Source: Candidatus Thorarchaeota archaeon (GTDB lineage Archaea > Asgardarchaeota > Thorarchaeia > Thorarchaeales > Thorarchaeaceae). Taken from it: a stretch of DNA of 32,000 bases. The stretch covers positions 35,105-67,104 of the forward strand of contig PRDJ01000077.1 in the NCBI GenBank assembly GCA_003345555.1, read 5' to 3'. The notes under the pieces were generated by a model. The model was not told the DNA's origin and made no database searches. It saw only the letters and a list, made by a program, of their open reading frames with translations. Position numbers and translations under genes: made by a program. Positions 1 to 10,474 of the stretch are shown piece after piece (the first letter of the stretch is position 1; each line of letters begins with the position of its first letter).

Positions 1-147
1 GGCTTCATCGAAGCCGTCCTCGAGTATCTGACTGATTCCAACAAGATTGTGTACGAGAAACTCGTCGTTGTAGAGGAGACATGCATGGCTTCAGGCGGCG
101 AGGCATGCACCTTCAAGATGACACTGACCTACCCTGCCCGCGGCTGA
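1..147 (+). CDS. 3' end of a V4R-domain (4-vinyl reductase) protein, partial
   Basis: Frame 1 reads GFIEAVLEYL...VVEETCMASGGEACTFKMTLTYPARG*; E-x-C-x-A-x-G-x3-C-x-F is the V4R C-terminal signature. The 5' end lies outside the window. Confidence 0.7.
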   Translation, partial: GFIEAVLEYLTDSNKIVYEKLVVVEETCMASGGEACTFKMTLTYPARG

Positions 148-273
148 GCGTAGTCAGCACTTAGCAGAATGACATACGAAGACTCATGTGTCAAGGTTTA
201 TCCGCCTTGCAGTGGATGGTAGTACATCTGTACCACAAACATATCTCTTAATTGCATTAAACACAATTCCGGG

Positions 274-1044
274 ATGAGGCAAAGCATGAGCGGAAGTCAG
301 GCCAGAAAAGCGTTCGTTCTGCTACCGCTCTTGCTCTTTTTCTCCGGGATGCTGAGCGTCTATCTGTTTCAACTTGGAGTCAATTCCCATGATTTATCCT
401 TCCAGAATTCCGACACGCATCCCGTCGCAATCCAGTTGGCGGACAGCGTAGTTCTGGTTGCTCCAATTGGCGCCGGAACATCCATTGTCCTTGGGGCCGG
501 ACTACTGCAATCCTCGAACGGTCAGTTTGTCTTAGCCGTAGCCATCGGAACAGTGATTGCTCAGGCTAGGCAACAGGAGCGTACTTCCCGACTTCGTGAG
601 CGTATCCTCGATGAGGTCTCATCCAGCCCCGGTATACATCTGAGGGAAATGCACCGAATCCTTGGTTGTGCGATGGGCGCACTGCAGTACCACGTGAAGC
701 AGCTCGAAGAACAAAGGTTCATCACATCTGTCAGGAGTGGCAACACAAGACACTTCTTCCCATCTGAGTTCTCATGTGATGAGCAGGTTCTGAAGCTGAC
801 AGCATTGATACGGAATCCAATCATCAGTTCAATAATCATGCAGTGCTTGGCCAGTGACCGGACGACCCAAGCGGACCTTAGCAGGCTCCTGTCAATTGAC
901 AAGAGCTTGGTCTCATACTACGTAAGTCACCTGATAAGAGAGGATGTATTGAACACGATTCGTGTCTTTGGCCGCGAAAAGCCGCTGACGGTGACGGATT
1001 GGGCAAGGTATGCTCTTTCGACAGGGGAATCGGTGGTGCAGTAG
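274..1044 (+). CDS. Membrane-anchored tandem winged-helix transcriptional regulator
   Basis: Hydrophobic N-terminal segments (FVLLPLLLFFSGMLSVYLF; FVLAVAIGTVIA), then two wHTH units (PGIHLREMHRILGCAMGALQYHVKQLE; TQADLSRLLSIDKSLVSYYVSHL). Confidence 0.75.
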   Translation: MRQSMSGSQARKAFVLLPLLLFFSGMLSVYLFQLGVNSHDLSFQNSDTHPVAIQLADSVVLVAPIGAGTSIVLGAGLLQSSNGQFVLAVAIGTVIAQARQQERTSRLRERILDEVSSSPGIHLREMHRILGCAMGALQYHVKQLEEQRFITSVRSGNTRHFFPSEFSCDEQVLKLTALIRNPIISSIIMQCLASDRTTQADLSRLLSIDKSLVSYYVSHLIREDVLNTIRVFGREKPLTVTDWARYALSTGESVVQ

Positions 1045-1102
1045 CTCACCAACCTCTATACTTAAGGCACAATCGTTTTCAATCTAGAAACGTCACTCGG
1101 AC

Positions 1103-1127
1103 GAATCCTCACGTTATATCAGGATTC
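1103..1127. promoter_or_regulatory. Inverted repeat GAATCCT-N11-AGGATTC, candidate operator of the ABC operon
   Basis: Perfect 7-bp arms in the intergenic gap between the wHTH regulator and the ABC ATPase; an AGGAGG ribosome-binding site lies at 1135-1140. Confidence 0.45.
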
Positions 1128-1147
1128 TACGTTCAGGAGGCGACCTG

Positions 1148-1894
1148 ATGCCGAAGGAATCTACAACGACCAAGGATGATCTGAGCGAAGTCGATACCGA
1201 AATATCGGAAGGCGTTCAGCACGCTGTCCGTCTTGTTAACGTGTCCCGCGTCTACGCAATGGGCAACACAGAGGTAGTTGCCCTGAGTGATGTGAGTCTG
1301 GATGTGACCTCTGGCGAGCTTGTGGTTGTTTCAGGGCCATCAGGTTCTGGAAAGACAACTCTTCTCAATATGATTGGTGGTCTGGACTATCCATCTAGCG
1401 GAAGAGTCCTACTCATGGACGTCCCGATCGGCGACTATGATGAATCTTTTCGGGCCACCTTTAGACTCACCAATACTGGTTTTGTCTTTCAAAGCTACAA
1501 CCTGATTTCCACGTTAACTGCCATTGAGAACGTTATGTTTCCCATGCAGTTGTCGAACAAGGATTCCAAAGAGATACGCAAAGATGCCTCGATGCTCCTT
1601 GAGCGCGTGGGGCTGTCAGATCGGCTCAATCATCTTCCTTGGCAACTGAGTTCGGGCGAACAACAGCGGGTCGCCATGGCTCGTGCAATGGCAAATGATC
1701 CGCCCATCGTGATTGCCGATGAGCCCACAGCTAACTTGGACTCCGAAAGCGCAGAAATGATTCGTAGTCTGCTAATCAGCCTAAACAATGCAGGAAAGAC
1801 TGTATTTGTGGTGTCCCATGATGAGGATATAACTGGCCTGCCAAGCGCGCGGCATCTCAGGATGGACAAGGGAGTGCTGTCTGCCAATGCGTGA
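1148..1894 (+). CDS. ABC transporter ATP-binding protein, LolD/MacB/FtsE (type VII) family
   Basis: Walker [10 protein letters not shown]-loop GFVFQSYNL, signature LSSGEQQRV, Walker [11 protein letters not shown]-loop SHD. Confidence 0.95.
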   Translation: MPKESTTTKDDLSEVDTEISEGVQHAVRLVNVSRVYAMGNTEVVALSDVSLDVTSGELVVVSGPSGSGKTTLLNMIGGLDYPSSGRVLLMDVPIGDYDESFRATFRLTNTGFVFQSYNLISTLTAIENVMFPMQLSNKDSKEIRKDASMLLERVGLSDRLNHLPWQLSSGEQQRVAMARAMANDPPIVIADEPTANLDSESAEMIRSLLISLNNAGKTVFVVSHDEDITGLPSARHLRMDKGVLSANA

Positions 1895-3737
1895 CCTAGA
1901 CTACGCATCGACCGACTTGAAGCGCCGACCATTCAGGTCCACGACCGTGCTGCTGTCAATGACAACTGTTGTTGCGTTCACAACCTTTCTTTTCCTTTTC
2001 GCGAACACGCTCTTGGACGTTACATCTGCTGTGACATCTCTCGGACTGAGTTCTCCACTTGGAGTCCTCTATGGCGCGTTCATTTGGACAACACTGGTGC
2101 TCGTCCTCATTCTAGGAGCAGTTGTTGTATCGAGTACGGTTTCATTGGAGATGGTGAGTCGGAGGAAAGACATAGGACTCATGAAATCAATCGGTACTCT
2201 AGTGGACACGATTTTTGACCATTTCATGGCTCAGGCCGTTACGCTATTGCTAGCCAGCGTGGTACTCGGAGTAGCATGCGGCACACTAATGTACTTGGCA
2301 GGTATGCTCTGGCTCGCATATTCCATTCCGGCTCTTCAATTCTCATTCAACTACCCCCTCTACCAAATCGGAGGGCTCGCTCTGATCTATGTCTTTGTCG
2401 GCTACTTCGCCGCCCAGAAACCTATCTACGACGCAGTACAGGAGTCACCCATCTCTGCCCTGAGTCCTGATACAACTCTGAGGGTCGGACCTGCAGGTTT
2501 CCTTAGTGGATTCGGCCTTTCTTTCAGGATTGCTGCGAAGGCTACAGGGCGCCGGGTCAAGGGATCTAGGAGAGTAGTGGTCTCTCTCTTCCTAAGCGTC
2601 TCTCTTGCTTCCGTGCTTTGGATTGGCGGAGGGGTTGTCGAGAATACAACAGACGCCTATGTTGCTAGGGCAATGGGCAACAATGTCGTTGCTGTCGGCC
2701 ACCCTGATGTACTGTCCGAGTACTATAGCGCGTATTCGCTTCAAGGCGCCTCGCTAAATGAGAATGTGACTTTTCTTAACAGCTCGTACGTTGTACCCTC
2801 TTCTCTCATTCAACTGCTTGCAAATGCCCCCGGCGTGATTCAGATCGAGTCGCGGTTTGTCGTGTCCACCAGCGTCAAGGAAGGTCCTGCCATTGTCTGG
2901 AATCCGACCTTGGCACGATACGAACGAATCGGCAACGACCGAGTCTCGCAGGCGATTTTGGTGGGCGTGAATTGGTCACACACTATATCGACTTGGTATT
3001 ACGAAGGAGACCCAGTGAGTAAACCAGATGAAGTCTGGATTGGAGGAAAAATGGCGACATCGATGTACGTGGATCCTCTGGTCCAGACGCTGCAAGTCCA
3101 AGGAGCTTCTCTGAGTGTCAAAGGAATTGCATTTGACATCCTCAATGGAGGGATGGTGGCCATTATGGACCTCTCCTCAATGCTGTCTCTCTGGAATGTC
3201 ACAGGAGTGAATCTGGTCCTGGTTCAGTTGTACTCCTATGATGAGTCCTACATCTCGCAGATTCGGACTATGGCTAGTGCTTTCGGCATGGACGTGTACA
3301 GACAGCAAGATGTGCTCTTGGGCAATGAAAGAACAATAGGGGGCATCTGGCTATTGATGCAGCCTCTTCCTGTGATGGCCCTTTTCAGCGCATTCTTGAG
3401 TCTGATGTACTTCCTTCTTGTCTCCGTTTTTGGCAGATTCCGTGACTACATCATAATGCGGTCAGTCGGTGCTAAACCCTCATTTGTTGCTAAGACCATG
3501 ATTGCCGAAGGACTTGGTATTGGATTGAAGGCGGGACTGCCAGCTGCCCTCGTTGCCGCCTTGGTCAGCGTCTATGGCCTCATACCTGATGCGACAGTGC
3601 CATCACTGCTCTATCTTCCGGGCATGATATTCCTCATCATGTTGTCCTTAATTGGGACAGTCCTGCTCGCGTCCATACCCGTGTACTTGATATTCATAGG
3701 CCGATCCGACCTGAGGGTATCAGAGTTCTCGGCTTGA
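1887..3737 (+). CDS. FtsX/MacB-like ABC permease with two FtsX-type repeats
   Basis: Multiple TM helices; two family motifs [13 protein letters not shown] and [15 protein letters not shown]; overlaps the ATPase stop codon. Confidence 0.85.
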   Translation: MRDLDYASTDLKRRPFRSTTVLLSMTTVVAFTTFLFLFANTLLDVTSAVTSLGLSSPLGVLYGAFIWTTLVLVLILGAVVVSSTVSLEMVSRRKDIGLMKSIGTLVDTIFDHFMAQAVTLLLASVVLGVACGTLMYLAGMLWLAYSIPALQFSFNYPLYQIGGLALIYVFVGYFAAQKPIYDAVQESPISALSPDTTLRVGPAGFLSGFGLSFRIAAKATGRRVKGSRRVVVSLFLSVSLASVLWIGGGVVENTTDAYVARAMGNNVVAVGHPDVLSEYYSAYSLQGASLNENVTFLNSSYVVPSSLIQLLANAPGVIQIESRFVVSTSVKEGPAIVWNPTLARYERIGNDRVSQAILVGVNWSHTISTWYYEGDPVSKPDEVWIGGKMATSMYVDPLVQTLQVQGASLSVKGIAFDILNGGMVAIMDLSSMLSLWNVTGVNLVLVQLYSYDESYISQIRTMASAFGMDVYRQQDVLLGNERTIGGIWLLMQPLPVMALFSAFLSLMYFLLVSVFGRFRDYIIMRSVGAKPSFVAKTMIAEGLGIGLKAGLPAALVAALVSVYGLIPDATVPSLLYLPGMIFLIMLSLIGTVLLASIPVYLIFIGRSDLRVSEFSA

Positions 3738-3785
3738 CGGTAATCTTCATTAGACATGGCCAACCGGAAGCGGCGGGATGTGCAG

Positions 3786-5453
3786 ATGTCAAATATCCCT
3801 CACGAAGAGGAATACTCAATTCACTGGATTCGACAAGTTGTCGACAGCGTGTTGGAGAGAGACGTTCCGAACTACCTCATATCTACCGGAAAGAGTCCAA
3901 GCGGCAGCATTCACATCGGATCACTCCGGGAGCTGATTATAGCGGACGTGATAAAGCGTCAGCTGCAGCAACTGGGAAAGAAAGCAAAGACGATGTTCAT
4001 TGTCGACGACTATGACCCTGTTCGATCGTTTCCACCCGGCATATCTCTTCCTCTCAAGGAATGGGCTGGCATGCCCTATTCGGACGTGCCGGACGAGTTC
4101 GGCTGTCACGAGAGCTTTGGATCCCATTGGGCGAATGAGTTCATTGACACGTTTTCCGAGTTCGGTCTAGCCCCGGAAATCGTTTGGACTCACGAACTCT
4201 ATGAGAAGAAAGAGATGCAGGATGCGGTTCGTATATGTTTGGAGAATACTGAGGTTATTCGAGAAATCATGATCGAGTTCGTGGCTCACGATTTCGACGA
4301 AGAGCAGAAGAAACAGTATATTGATTCGATGAAGACATGGTTTCCAGCGTCAGTCGTATGCCCAGAATGCGGCCACCTCCAAGCCGGCGTCAAGGGCGAG
4401 ATAGTCCCGAACAGGATTACTCGGTATAATAGGGACACGGAAGAGGTCACGTTTGAATGTCAAGCCTGCGGTCATACGGACACCGTCTCCAGAAGCGATC
4501 TTCGATTGAAGCTCACATGGAGAATCGACTGGCCCGCCAAATGGTACATTTTCAAAGTCACTTGTGAACCCGCAGGAAAGGACCATGCTGTCAAGGGCGG
4601 CTCATATGATACAGGGCTTGAAGTCTCGAAACGCGTGTTTGGATGGTCTGGTCCGGTGAAGGTGCCGTACGAGTGGGTACAGATAGGTGGCCACGACATG
4701 ACAACTTCCAAGGGTGTTGTTTTCAGGCCCAAGACTTGGCTATCAGTCGCCCCTCCGCAGCTCTACAGGTTTCTCATGCTAAAGACAGACCTGCAGAGGA
4801 CAATCAATGTACGGCCTGAACGAATCCCTGACATGTGTGACGAATACGAGAGGTTTGAGCGGCTCTACTATCGACTTGACGATGGAGCTGACACAAAGAG
4901 GGAGCTGATCGAACTGCTCTACCCATTGAGCGAGCCGAACGGAGCTAGAGCCACTTACATTCCGAAGCTTCCATTCAAATACGCCGTCCTGATGTCTCAG
5001 CTGCAAGATATCCTCGGACGCGAAACCGTGATCGAGCGTTGTGAGGATGCCATAAAGAAACAGCACAGTATCAAGAGAATACCCAAGGGTGCTCAATCGC
5101 TAATGACTATTCGTCTAGAACAGGCAAGAAACTGGGTTGAGCAATTTGGCTCGGCGACAGACAGGATTCGAGTGACACCTGAGGTTCCTATTGAAGTGCG
5201 TACCTCGCTGACAGCATCAGACCGAAGCTTCTTGTCAGGGATGGTCCGGGTTTTAAGCCCTCTGTCAATCAGCGATGATGAGATTCAGGCTGCGGTCTTC
5301 CAGACAGCGAGAGACTCGGGTTTGTCCGAGAAACAGGCGTTCGTTGTCCTGTATCGAGTTCTTGTCTCTCAGAAGTATGGTCCTCGGCTTGGGTCCTTCA
5401 TCAATATGCTTGGCAAGGACTGGGTAGTGCACCGTATTGAGAGCGTCCTTTGA
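3786..5453 (+). CDS. lysS: Class I lysyl-tRNA synthetase
   Basis: SPSGSIHIGSLRE (HIGH), WRIDWPAKW, EPAGKDHA, MTTSKG (KMSKS-like), GPRLGSF, two CxxC. ATG 3786 is preferred over the ORF-track start 3756. Confidence 0.97.
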   Translation: MSNIPHEEEYSIHWIRQVVDSVLERDVPNYLISTGKSPSGSIHIGSLRELIIADVIKRQLQQLGKKAKTMFIVDDYDPVRSFPPGISLPLKEWAGMPYSDVPDEFGCHESFGSHWANEFIDTFSEFGLAPEIVWTHELYEKKEMQDAVRICLENTEVIREIMIEFVAHDFDEEQKKQYIDSMKTWFPASVVCPECGHLQAGVKGEIVPNRITRYNRDTEEVTFECQACGHTDTVSRSDLRLKLTWRIDWPAKWYIFKVTCEPAGKDHAVKGGSYDTGLEVSKRVFGWSGPVKVPYEWVQIGGHDMTTSKGVVFRPKTWLSVAPPQLYRFLMLKTDLQRTINVRPERIPDMCDEYERFERLYYRLDDGADTKRELIELLYPLSEPNGARATYIPKLPFKYAVLMSQLQDILGRETVIERCEDAIKKQHSIKRIPKGAQSLMTIRLEQARNWVEQFGSATDRIRVTPEVPIEVRTSLTASDRSFLSGMVRVLSPLSISDDEIQAAVFQTARDSGLSEKQAFVVLYRVLVSQKYGPRLGSFINMLGKDWVVHRIESVL

Positions 5454-5546
5454 GCAAAGGGTGCTTCCGGGATTCATGCCTCAACACGTTTATTAGTCCA
5501 CCAACTCGGGCACCGGCTGGATTCTGGTTCTAGGTGTGTGTTGTTA

Positions 5547-6278
5547 ATGCTGGGCAGACTTCGAGAACATTATCAGAGGGCCATGATGCCTTTCGGCAAG
5601 GCACTTGCGAGAACGGGCGTCACTCCTAACCGCATAACTGCCCTGTCACTCCTTGTTGCTTTTTTCAGTGCGTATTATTTCTACATAGGCGAACTGCTTC
5701 TTGGTTTAGCGATAATGTTGCTTGCAGTGTTCATGGACATGCTTGATGGCGCGGTGGCAAGAGCCGCGAACATGGCGTCCAAGTTCGGGGCGACCTTCGA
5801 TCACACGCTTGATCGATATGCCGAATTCCTGTTTATCATGGGACTGGTGATGGGCCCTACCGCTCATGTCTCTATTCCTTGGTGGCCGGTTGCTGTCGGA
5901 GATACATTCGTTCCTTGGTTCTGGGGAGTTCTTGCTCTTTTTGGCATGGTTATGGCAAGCTTCACACGAGCGAAGGCCGAGTCAGTAGGTGGAATGAAGA
6001 GCTGTGCGGTAGGGATAGCAGAACGCCAAGAGAAGCTGATTTTGATGATTGCTGGCATTCTGTTGCTTGCGATACCTCAGACGAACGTGTGGCTTGATAT
6101 TCTCGGCGCGGCGCCTGCTCCGGTCTCAGATCTCTTCTTTGCGTTAGGCATCACAAACATACTGGCGCTTTGCATGGTGATAGTTGCTGTATTGTCCCAT
6201 GTGACCGTCGTGCAACGGCTTGCATATGCTCGCAAAATCATAGGTGCGTCCGAACGGGAAGCACAGGCAAGCACGTAA
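5547..6278 (+). CDS. CDP-alcohol phosphatidyltransferase, probably archaetidylinositol-phosphate synthase
   Basis: TPNRIT and the family motif DMLDGAVARA...GATFDHTLDRY, plus YxRAKAE-like FTRAKAES and GIAERQEK. The AIP-synthase call is inferred (ino1 is in the window). Confidence 0.88.
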   Translation: MLGRLREHYQRAMMPFGKALARTGVTPNRITALSLLVAFFSAYYFYIGELLLGLAIMLLAVFMDMLDGAVARAANMASKFGATFDHTLDRYAEFLFIMGLVMGPTAHVSIPWWPVAVGDTFVPWFWGVLALFGMVMASFTRAKAESVGGMKSCAVGIAERQEKLILMIAGILLLAIPQTNVWLDILGAAPAPVSDLFFALGITNILALCMVIVAVLSHVTVVQRLAYARKIIGASEREAQAST

Positions 6279-6296
6279 CAGCCAGATGGTCAAGAC

Positions 6297-6656
6297 TTAC
6301 GTGCTAGTCTTGTCGAATACCGTTTCAATGGTCTCATCGAGGAAACCTTTCGCGGTCACCATGGCTTTCCGGCCCTTGTCAGTTATACCATAGTACTTTC
6401 TAGGAGAACCGCTTTCTTCCATTTCTTGAATAAGGCCGTCCTTTACCAAGCGATAGATAATCGCGTACCCGCTGACTGTCGCTGGAGAAAACCTGAACCT
6501 CTCTGTCACCAGTTCCTTAATCTCATACCCGTAGTGTGGCCGTTCTTGCAGCAAACGGAGAATGTAGATCCATAGCATCTCCTTAGTGAGTTTGTTTACG
6601 AGTCTAGTGACTGCCTTAGGTTGAGCCGATGGCTCGGGGTCCGATACTCGCGGCAT
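6297..6656 (-). CDS. PadR-family transcriptional regulator
   Basis: ILRLLQERPHYGYEIKE...YAIIYRLVKDGLI...RKYYGITDKGR matches the PadR pattern. Confidence 0.92.
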   Translation of the reverse strand: MPRVSDPEPSAQPKAVTRLVNKLTKEMLWIYILRLLQERPHYGYEIKELVTERFRFSPATVSGYAIIYRLVKDGLIQEMEESGSPRKYYGITDKGRKAMVTAKGFLDETIETVFDKTST

Positions 6657-7261
6657 TAATCATTCATCCTCTCGTATTCTGATATGACGGCTGCCACGCA
6701 ATGGCTGCCCAAGTAACTGGTCTTTCCGAATGAAACATGAGGTATCCCGTACTGGTCAGCTATTTGAAGCGTCTTCGTGTCAAAGCCTTGATGGTCTCCG
6801 AGAATAAAACTGTTCTCAGCATTCCTGCACAGGTCTGAGACCTCCGAGAAGGGTTTGCCGTCAGCTTCCAAAAGCCAGACTGAGGAATCGGCGGTGGCCC
6901 TGCTGACCTTGATGGCCTGCTCTAGGCCGGATTGTCTGACCTTCACGAAGCCAGGCGGCCTACCTGCAAGAGAATCCTTGATTACTTGGGCCCATCTCAC
7001 CTCACCTAGAGGCAACAATGGGCCGGGTTCGCTGAAAGTGAGTGTGACCGAATCTTGGAGAATCGCACTTAGCTCTAGATGAGGTCTTGGCCATGAATCC
7101 GGTGCCCAATCGAAACAAGCACTGAGGTCGCGGCACAGAATATCTATCCTCTTTCCTGAACTTGGCAAGTCTTTCATGAGGAAATCATCTTTCGTTGGAG
7201 CGTGAGGCAGAATCTGAATGAACTTCAACAGCTGAGATGGCTTTGTCATTCGGCCTACCAA
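6656..7261 (-). CDS. trmY: tRNA (pseudouridine54-N1)-methyltransferase, SPOUT fold
   Basis: SGKRIDILCR, FILGDHQGF, SFGKTSYLGSHCVAAV. Confidence 0.85.
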   Translation of the reverse strand: MVGRMTKPSQLLKFIQILPHAPTKDDFLMKDLPSSGKRIDILCRDLSACFDWAPDSWPRPHLELSAILQDSVTLTFSEPGPLLPLGEVRWAQVIKDSLAGRPPGFVKVRQSGLEQAIKVSRATADSSVWLLEADGKPFSEVSDLCRNAENSFILGDHQGFDTKTLQIADQYGIPHVSFGKTSYLGSHCVAAVISEYERMND

Positions 7262-7328
7262 CTATCATGTTGAGCTTGACATTTCCGAAATGGCGGGTGT
7301 CCCGGAAGCTAACATCTCGATGACAATC

Positions 7329-7613
7329 TTAACGCTTGGACTCGTCTTTCCTGTCTACATGCTGCCTGATCTGGAGTTTGCCCGAGTGAATTGCACAACT
7401 GATGCAGTAGTAGCTCGTCAGACGTCTCGTTTCTATGTAGCTGCCCTGCTGTCTAAGCTCTCGTGCTAGCTGTGGGTCCACAGAGGAGACACGCTTGGTG
7501 AACTTCTTGGCCTTATCGGCTGGCACAAGGCGTCCGCACCTAGAACACTGTACATTGTGTGACGCACCGTGACCGCCCTGATGTCGACCACCAGACTTTC
7601 TTTTCTTTGCCAA
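7329..7613 (-). CDS. rps26e: 30S ribosomal protein S26e
   Basis: MAKKRKSGGR...VQCSRCGRLVPADKAKK...YCISCAIHSG...R. Confidence 0.97.
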   Translation of the reverse strand: MAKKRKSGGRHQGGHGASHNVQCSRCGRLVPADKAKKFTKRVSSVDPQLARELRQQGSYIETRRLTSYYCISCAIHSGKLQIRQHVDRKDESKR

Positions 7614-7727
7614 AGTCTTGCCCCACCAACAAGTGGATTCTGGCCCCGCCTCCTCGAGGGTCCTTAAAACCTTGTGCCTACTGCACTGATGCTACTGGAC
7701 ATAGGAGTCCGACGTCGTCGCACTCCA

Positions 7728-8801
7728 CTAGGAATATGCATCTAAGGTCTCCAATACCTGCTCTATGATGCTCTCATTCGTTTCAATGACAGATTCATTT
7801 GTCTCTCTCTCGATTTGGTCATCTAGCTTGGGCAAAGGATGTTTCGCCATGCCCGCTAGGCTCGCTTCTATGCAAGGACCAATCATCATCGGATTGTATC
7901 CTCCCTCAAGTACCCAGAATGACCCTGCACAATTGAGTCTCTCGACAAGTTTCGTCACAGTACTCCCCAAGTACCAGTACACCTTTGAGGTCACGTCCAT
8001 ATTGCCAACGGGATCGGCATAGTGTGAGTCATATCCAGCTGACACAGCAAGAATCTGGGGGCTGAATCTCTCAATGGCGGGGACTACCACTCTGTCAATC
8101 GCTGAGATGTAGGATGAATCAGGCGTCATGTCCACCAAGGGGATGTTGATCTTGGTGCCTATTGCTTCCCCATGACCCACTTCCATGTAGTGACCCAAGC
8201 CGAAGCTTTCGTAATCGTATTCATGTATCGAGACGATCTGCACATTTGGATCCGAATAGAATATCTCAGCAGTACCGTTTCCGAAGTGGTCATCAAAGTC
8301 GAGTATGGTGACCTTTGCTACTCCGAGGTGTTTCGTTGCATGGCGAACCGCGATGGCTACGTTGTTGAAGAAGCACAGGCCTGACGGAGTTGATGTCGAT
8401 GCATGGTGTCCGGGAGGTCTCATTAGTGAGAACGCATGGAGGGCCTTTCCTTTGGCCACAAGCTCCGCTGAGCGCATAGCACCGCCAACGGCTAATAGTG
8501 CCGTCCTGAACAGCTCCGGGCTGGCGTAAGCGCTCTCGCCGAGTTGACCCGTTCCGATCTCTGTCATCAGCTTGATAGAGTCGACTAGGTACGGGCTATG
8601 GACAAGAAGCGCAGCTCTCTCTTTGGCACGCGGAGACCTGATGCAAAGCAGGGTCTCTAGGATTCCTCTGTTTCTTAGATACGATTCAGCCATCTGCGTT
8701 CTTAACGGGCTTTCGAATGATTCGATATTGGGTCTAGGAAAAGGGGCCAGATGAGTGTTTGAGTCCGGATGGGAAATGAAGGCTATGCTGTCTCCACGCA
8801 T
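7728..8801 (-). CDS. Zn-dependent histone deacetylase family (HDAC/AcuC/APAH) protein
   Basis: RPPGHHA, GLCFFNNVA, DFDDHFGNGT, SAGYDSH and LEGGY catalytic motifs are intact. Confidence 0.95.
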   Translation of the reverse strand: MRGDSIAFISHPDSNTHLAPFPRPNIESFESPLRTQMAESYLRNRGILETLLCIRSPRAKERAALLVHSPYLVDSIKLMTEIGTGQLGESAYASPELFRTALLAVGGAMRSAELVAKGKALHAFSLMRPPGHHASTSTPSGLCFFNNVAIAVRHATKHLGVAKVTILDFDDHFGNGTAEIFYSDPNVQIVSIHEYDYESFGLGHYMEVGHGEAIGTKINIPLVDMTPDSSYISAIDRVVVPAIERFSPQILAVSAGYDSHYADPVGNMDVTSKVYWYLGSTVTKLVERLNCAGSFWVLEGGYNPMMIGPCIEASLAGMAKHPLPKLDDQIERETNESVIETNESIIEQVLETLDAYS

Positions 8802-8807
8802 GGTTAT

Positions 8808-10349
8808 TCATTGACTTGGTTTGGCATTGGCCCGCTTAAACTCTTCTTCGTTCTCAAGAGAGAACTCCGTCTCCAGTGGCATGACGTACGTGGAGAGGAT
8901 GTACAGAACCCTTCTTGAGACATCGGTGAGACTACTTGAGGGTTCAAGTCCGCGCACTCTGTGCTCTTCTATAATTGCCCGTGAAAGGTCAGACGCCGAG
9001 GTCCACTGTCTTTGTTCATCAACCCACAGGTGGCCATCTTTCTCGTATGCATCGGGATGCGCATTCCTGAATTCAACGCAGGGCCCATCTAGGCTCGTGG
9101 ATGGTCCTCTCCTTGGATACATCGCAGGTATCTCGGGTCTTTCTACAAGGATGCCGAGCGAAAACCTGGTTCCCTCAAAATACACTTCCGTAAGCACCTT
9201 TCCAAACCGTCTCTCACCGTTCTTCTCTCTCTCAAGTTCCGATTCGATTTTCGCAGCGATTCTGTAGAGCTTGTCTCTCAGAACCGTGTAGTGTACACTC
9301 TCATCAGACACGAACTCAAAAGCAAGAGCATGTGACGCTGCCCGCTCGGGCAGTGGCTCCACAGGGATCGGTCTTTCGATGAAGAACTCCATCAAATCGC
9401 GTTTGCCGCCTTGGGCTTTCTCAATTAGCTCGTTGATACGTCGTGACAGCCACAAGCAAGAACGTCGCGTGAAACTGGAGGCAACGTTCCTTCGCATGTC
9501 GGTCGGATCAATGATGAAAACATAATCGTCTTTGAACTGAGCTATTGCATGAAGCGTGTCAATGGATCTTTGCATTGGATCAAGGGGTGCTTCATTGAGG
9601 TCTCTGATGGCTGCAATCGCTGAATCCAGTCCGCCAGTCATGATGACGGCCAGCTCGAGGGAATAACCCGTGAAGCCCATCTTGCCAAGCGCCGCAATAT
9701 CCCCATAGGCATGGCTTGTTCTCACAAAGGATTTCAGAATCCTGACGTCCTCGCGCATTCTATCGTTCAAGTTTGCGACAATGTATCGCGTGTGATGGAC
9801 AGTTCTGTCGACAGCGGTTACGGGTCCAGTGTTGGCCAGCTCATTTGCGGGGATATCGAAGCACCCTATGATGTCAACATCGAGTCCCTTCATGACAAGT
9901 GACAGGAACGGATGCTGTGAGTATGTCTTGCGCACATTAGTTGCACGAAGATCTTTCGCGGCTGGGGTGAACCAAGTCTCGACGAGCCGGTTCAAGAGGT
10001 CGTCCAAGGACTGATGTCTTTCTTTCGTTTGCAGTGCAAGTATGTCCGAATAGTCACCGGGCCTTAAACCAACGAACAGGTCAATGTCTGCTGCCCCACG
10101 CAGCTGGGTCTGTTTTCTTCCCGTAGAACCTTGAGGCTCAATAAAAGAATACTGTAGGCCCATAGCCTTGGCGCGCCGACCAAGCGCTTCGACCAGACTA
10201 CTGGTGACCTGGTTCTGTCTACCAATCTCCTCGCGAGTGGGCACTATTCGCGCAAGGATTTTCTGTCGTAGAACGGGACTCAGGAGCTCATCCAAGGCTC
10301 TAACCCAGTCAGCGAAAGGAGCGGTCGCGCTAAGAACCTTCGCCTCCAA
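8808..10349 (-). CDS. cca: Archaeal-type CCA-adding enzyme (tRNA nucleotidyltransferase)
   Basis: GSTGRKQTQLRGAADIDLFV, YSQHPF, VDII, AVDRTVHH, GFTGYSLEL, IIDPTD..RNVASS. The true start may be TTG 10295. Confidence 0.92.
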   Translation of the reverse strand: MEAKVLSATAPFADWVRALDELLSPVLRQKILARIVPTREEIGRQNQVTSSLVEALGRRAKAMGLQYSFIEPQGSTGRKQTQLRGAADIDLFVGLRPGDYSDILALQTKERHQSLDDLLNRLVETWFTPAAKDLRATNVRKTYSQHPFLSLVMKGLDVDIIGCFDIPANELANTGPVTAVDRTVHHTRYIVANLNDRMREDVRILKSFVRTSHAYGDIAALGKMGFTGYSLELAVIMTGGLDSAIAAIRDLNEAPLDPMQRSIDTLHAIAQFKDDYVFIIDPTDMRRNVASSFTRRSCLWLSRRINELIEKAQGGKRDLMEFFIERPIPVEPLPERAASHALAFEFVSDESVHYTVLRDKLYRIAAKIESELEREKNGERRFGKVLTEVYFEGTRFSLGILVERPEIPAMYPRRGPSTSLDGPCVEFRNAHPDAYEKDGHLWVDEQRQWTSASDLSRAIIEEHRVRGLEPSSSLTDVSRRVLYILSTYVMPLETEFSLENEEEFKRANAKPSQ

Positions 10350-10474
10350 AGTCTACGACATACGTGTGACCGTACAAAGAGCATGCTCTCGAAGGTCCAC
10401 ATCTTTAAAGAGAGCTCCTCAGCCTCTTCCAATCATTACTATACTCGAAGGAACCTCTCTGGGAGTGGCGTGAA

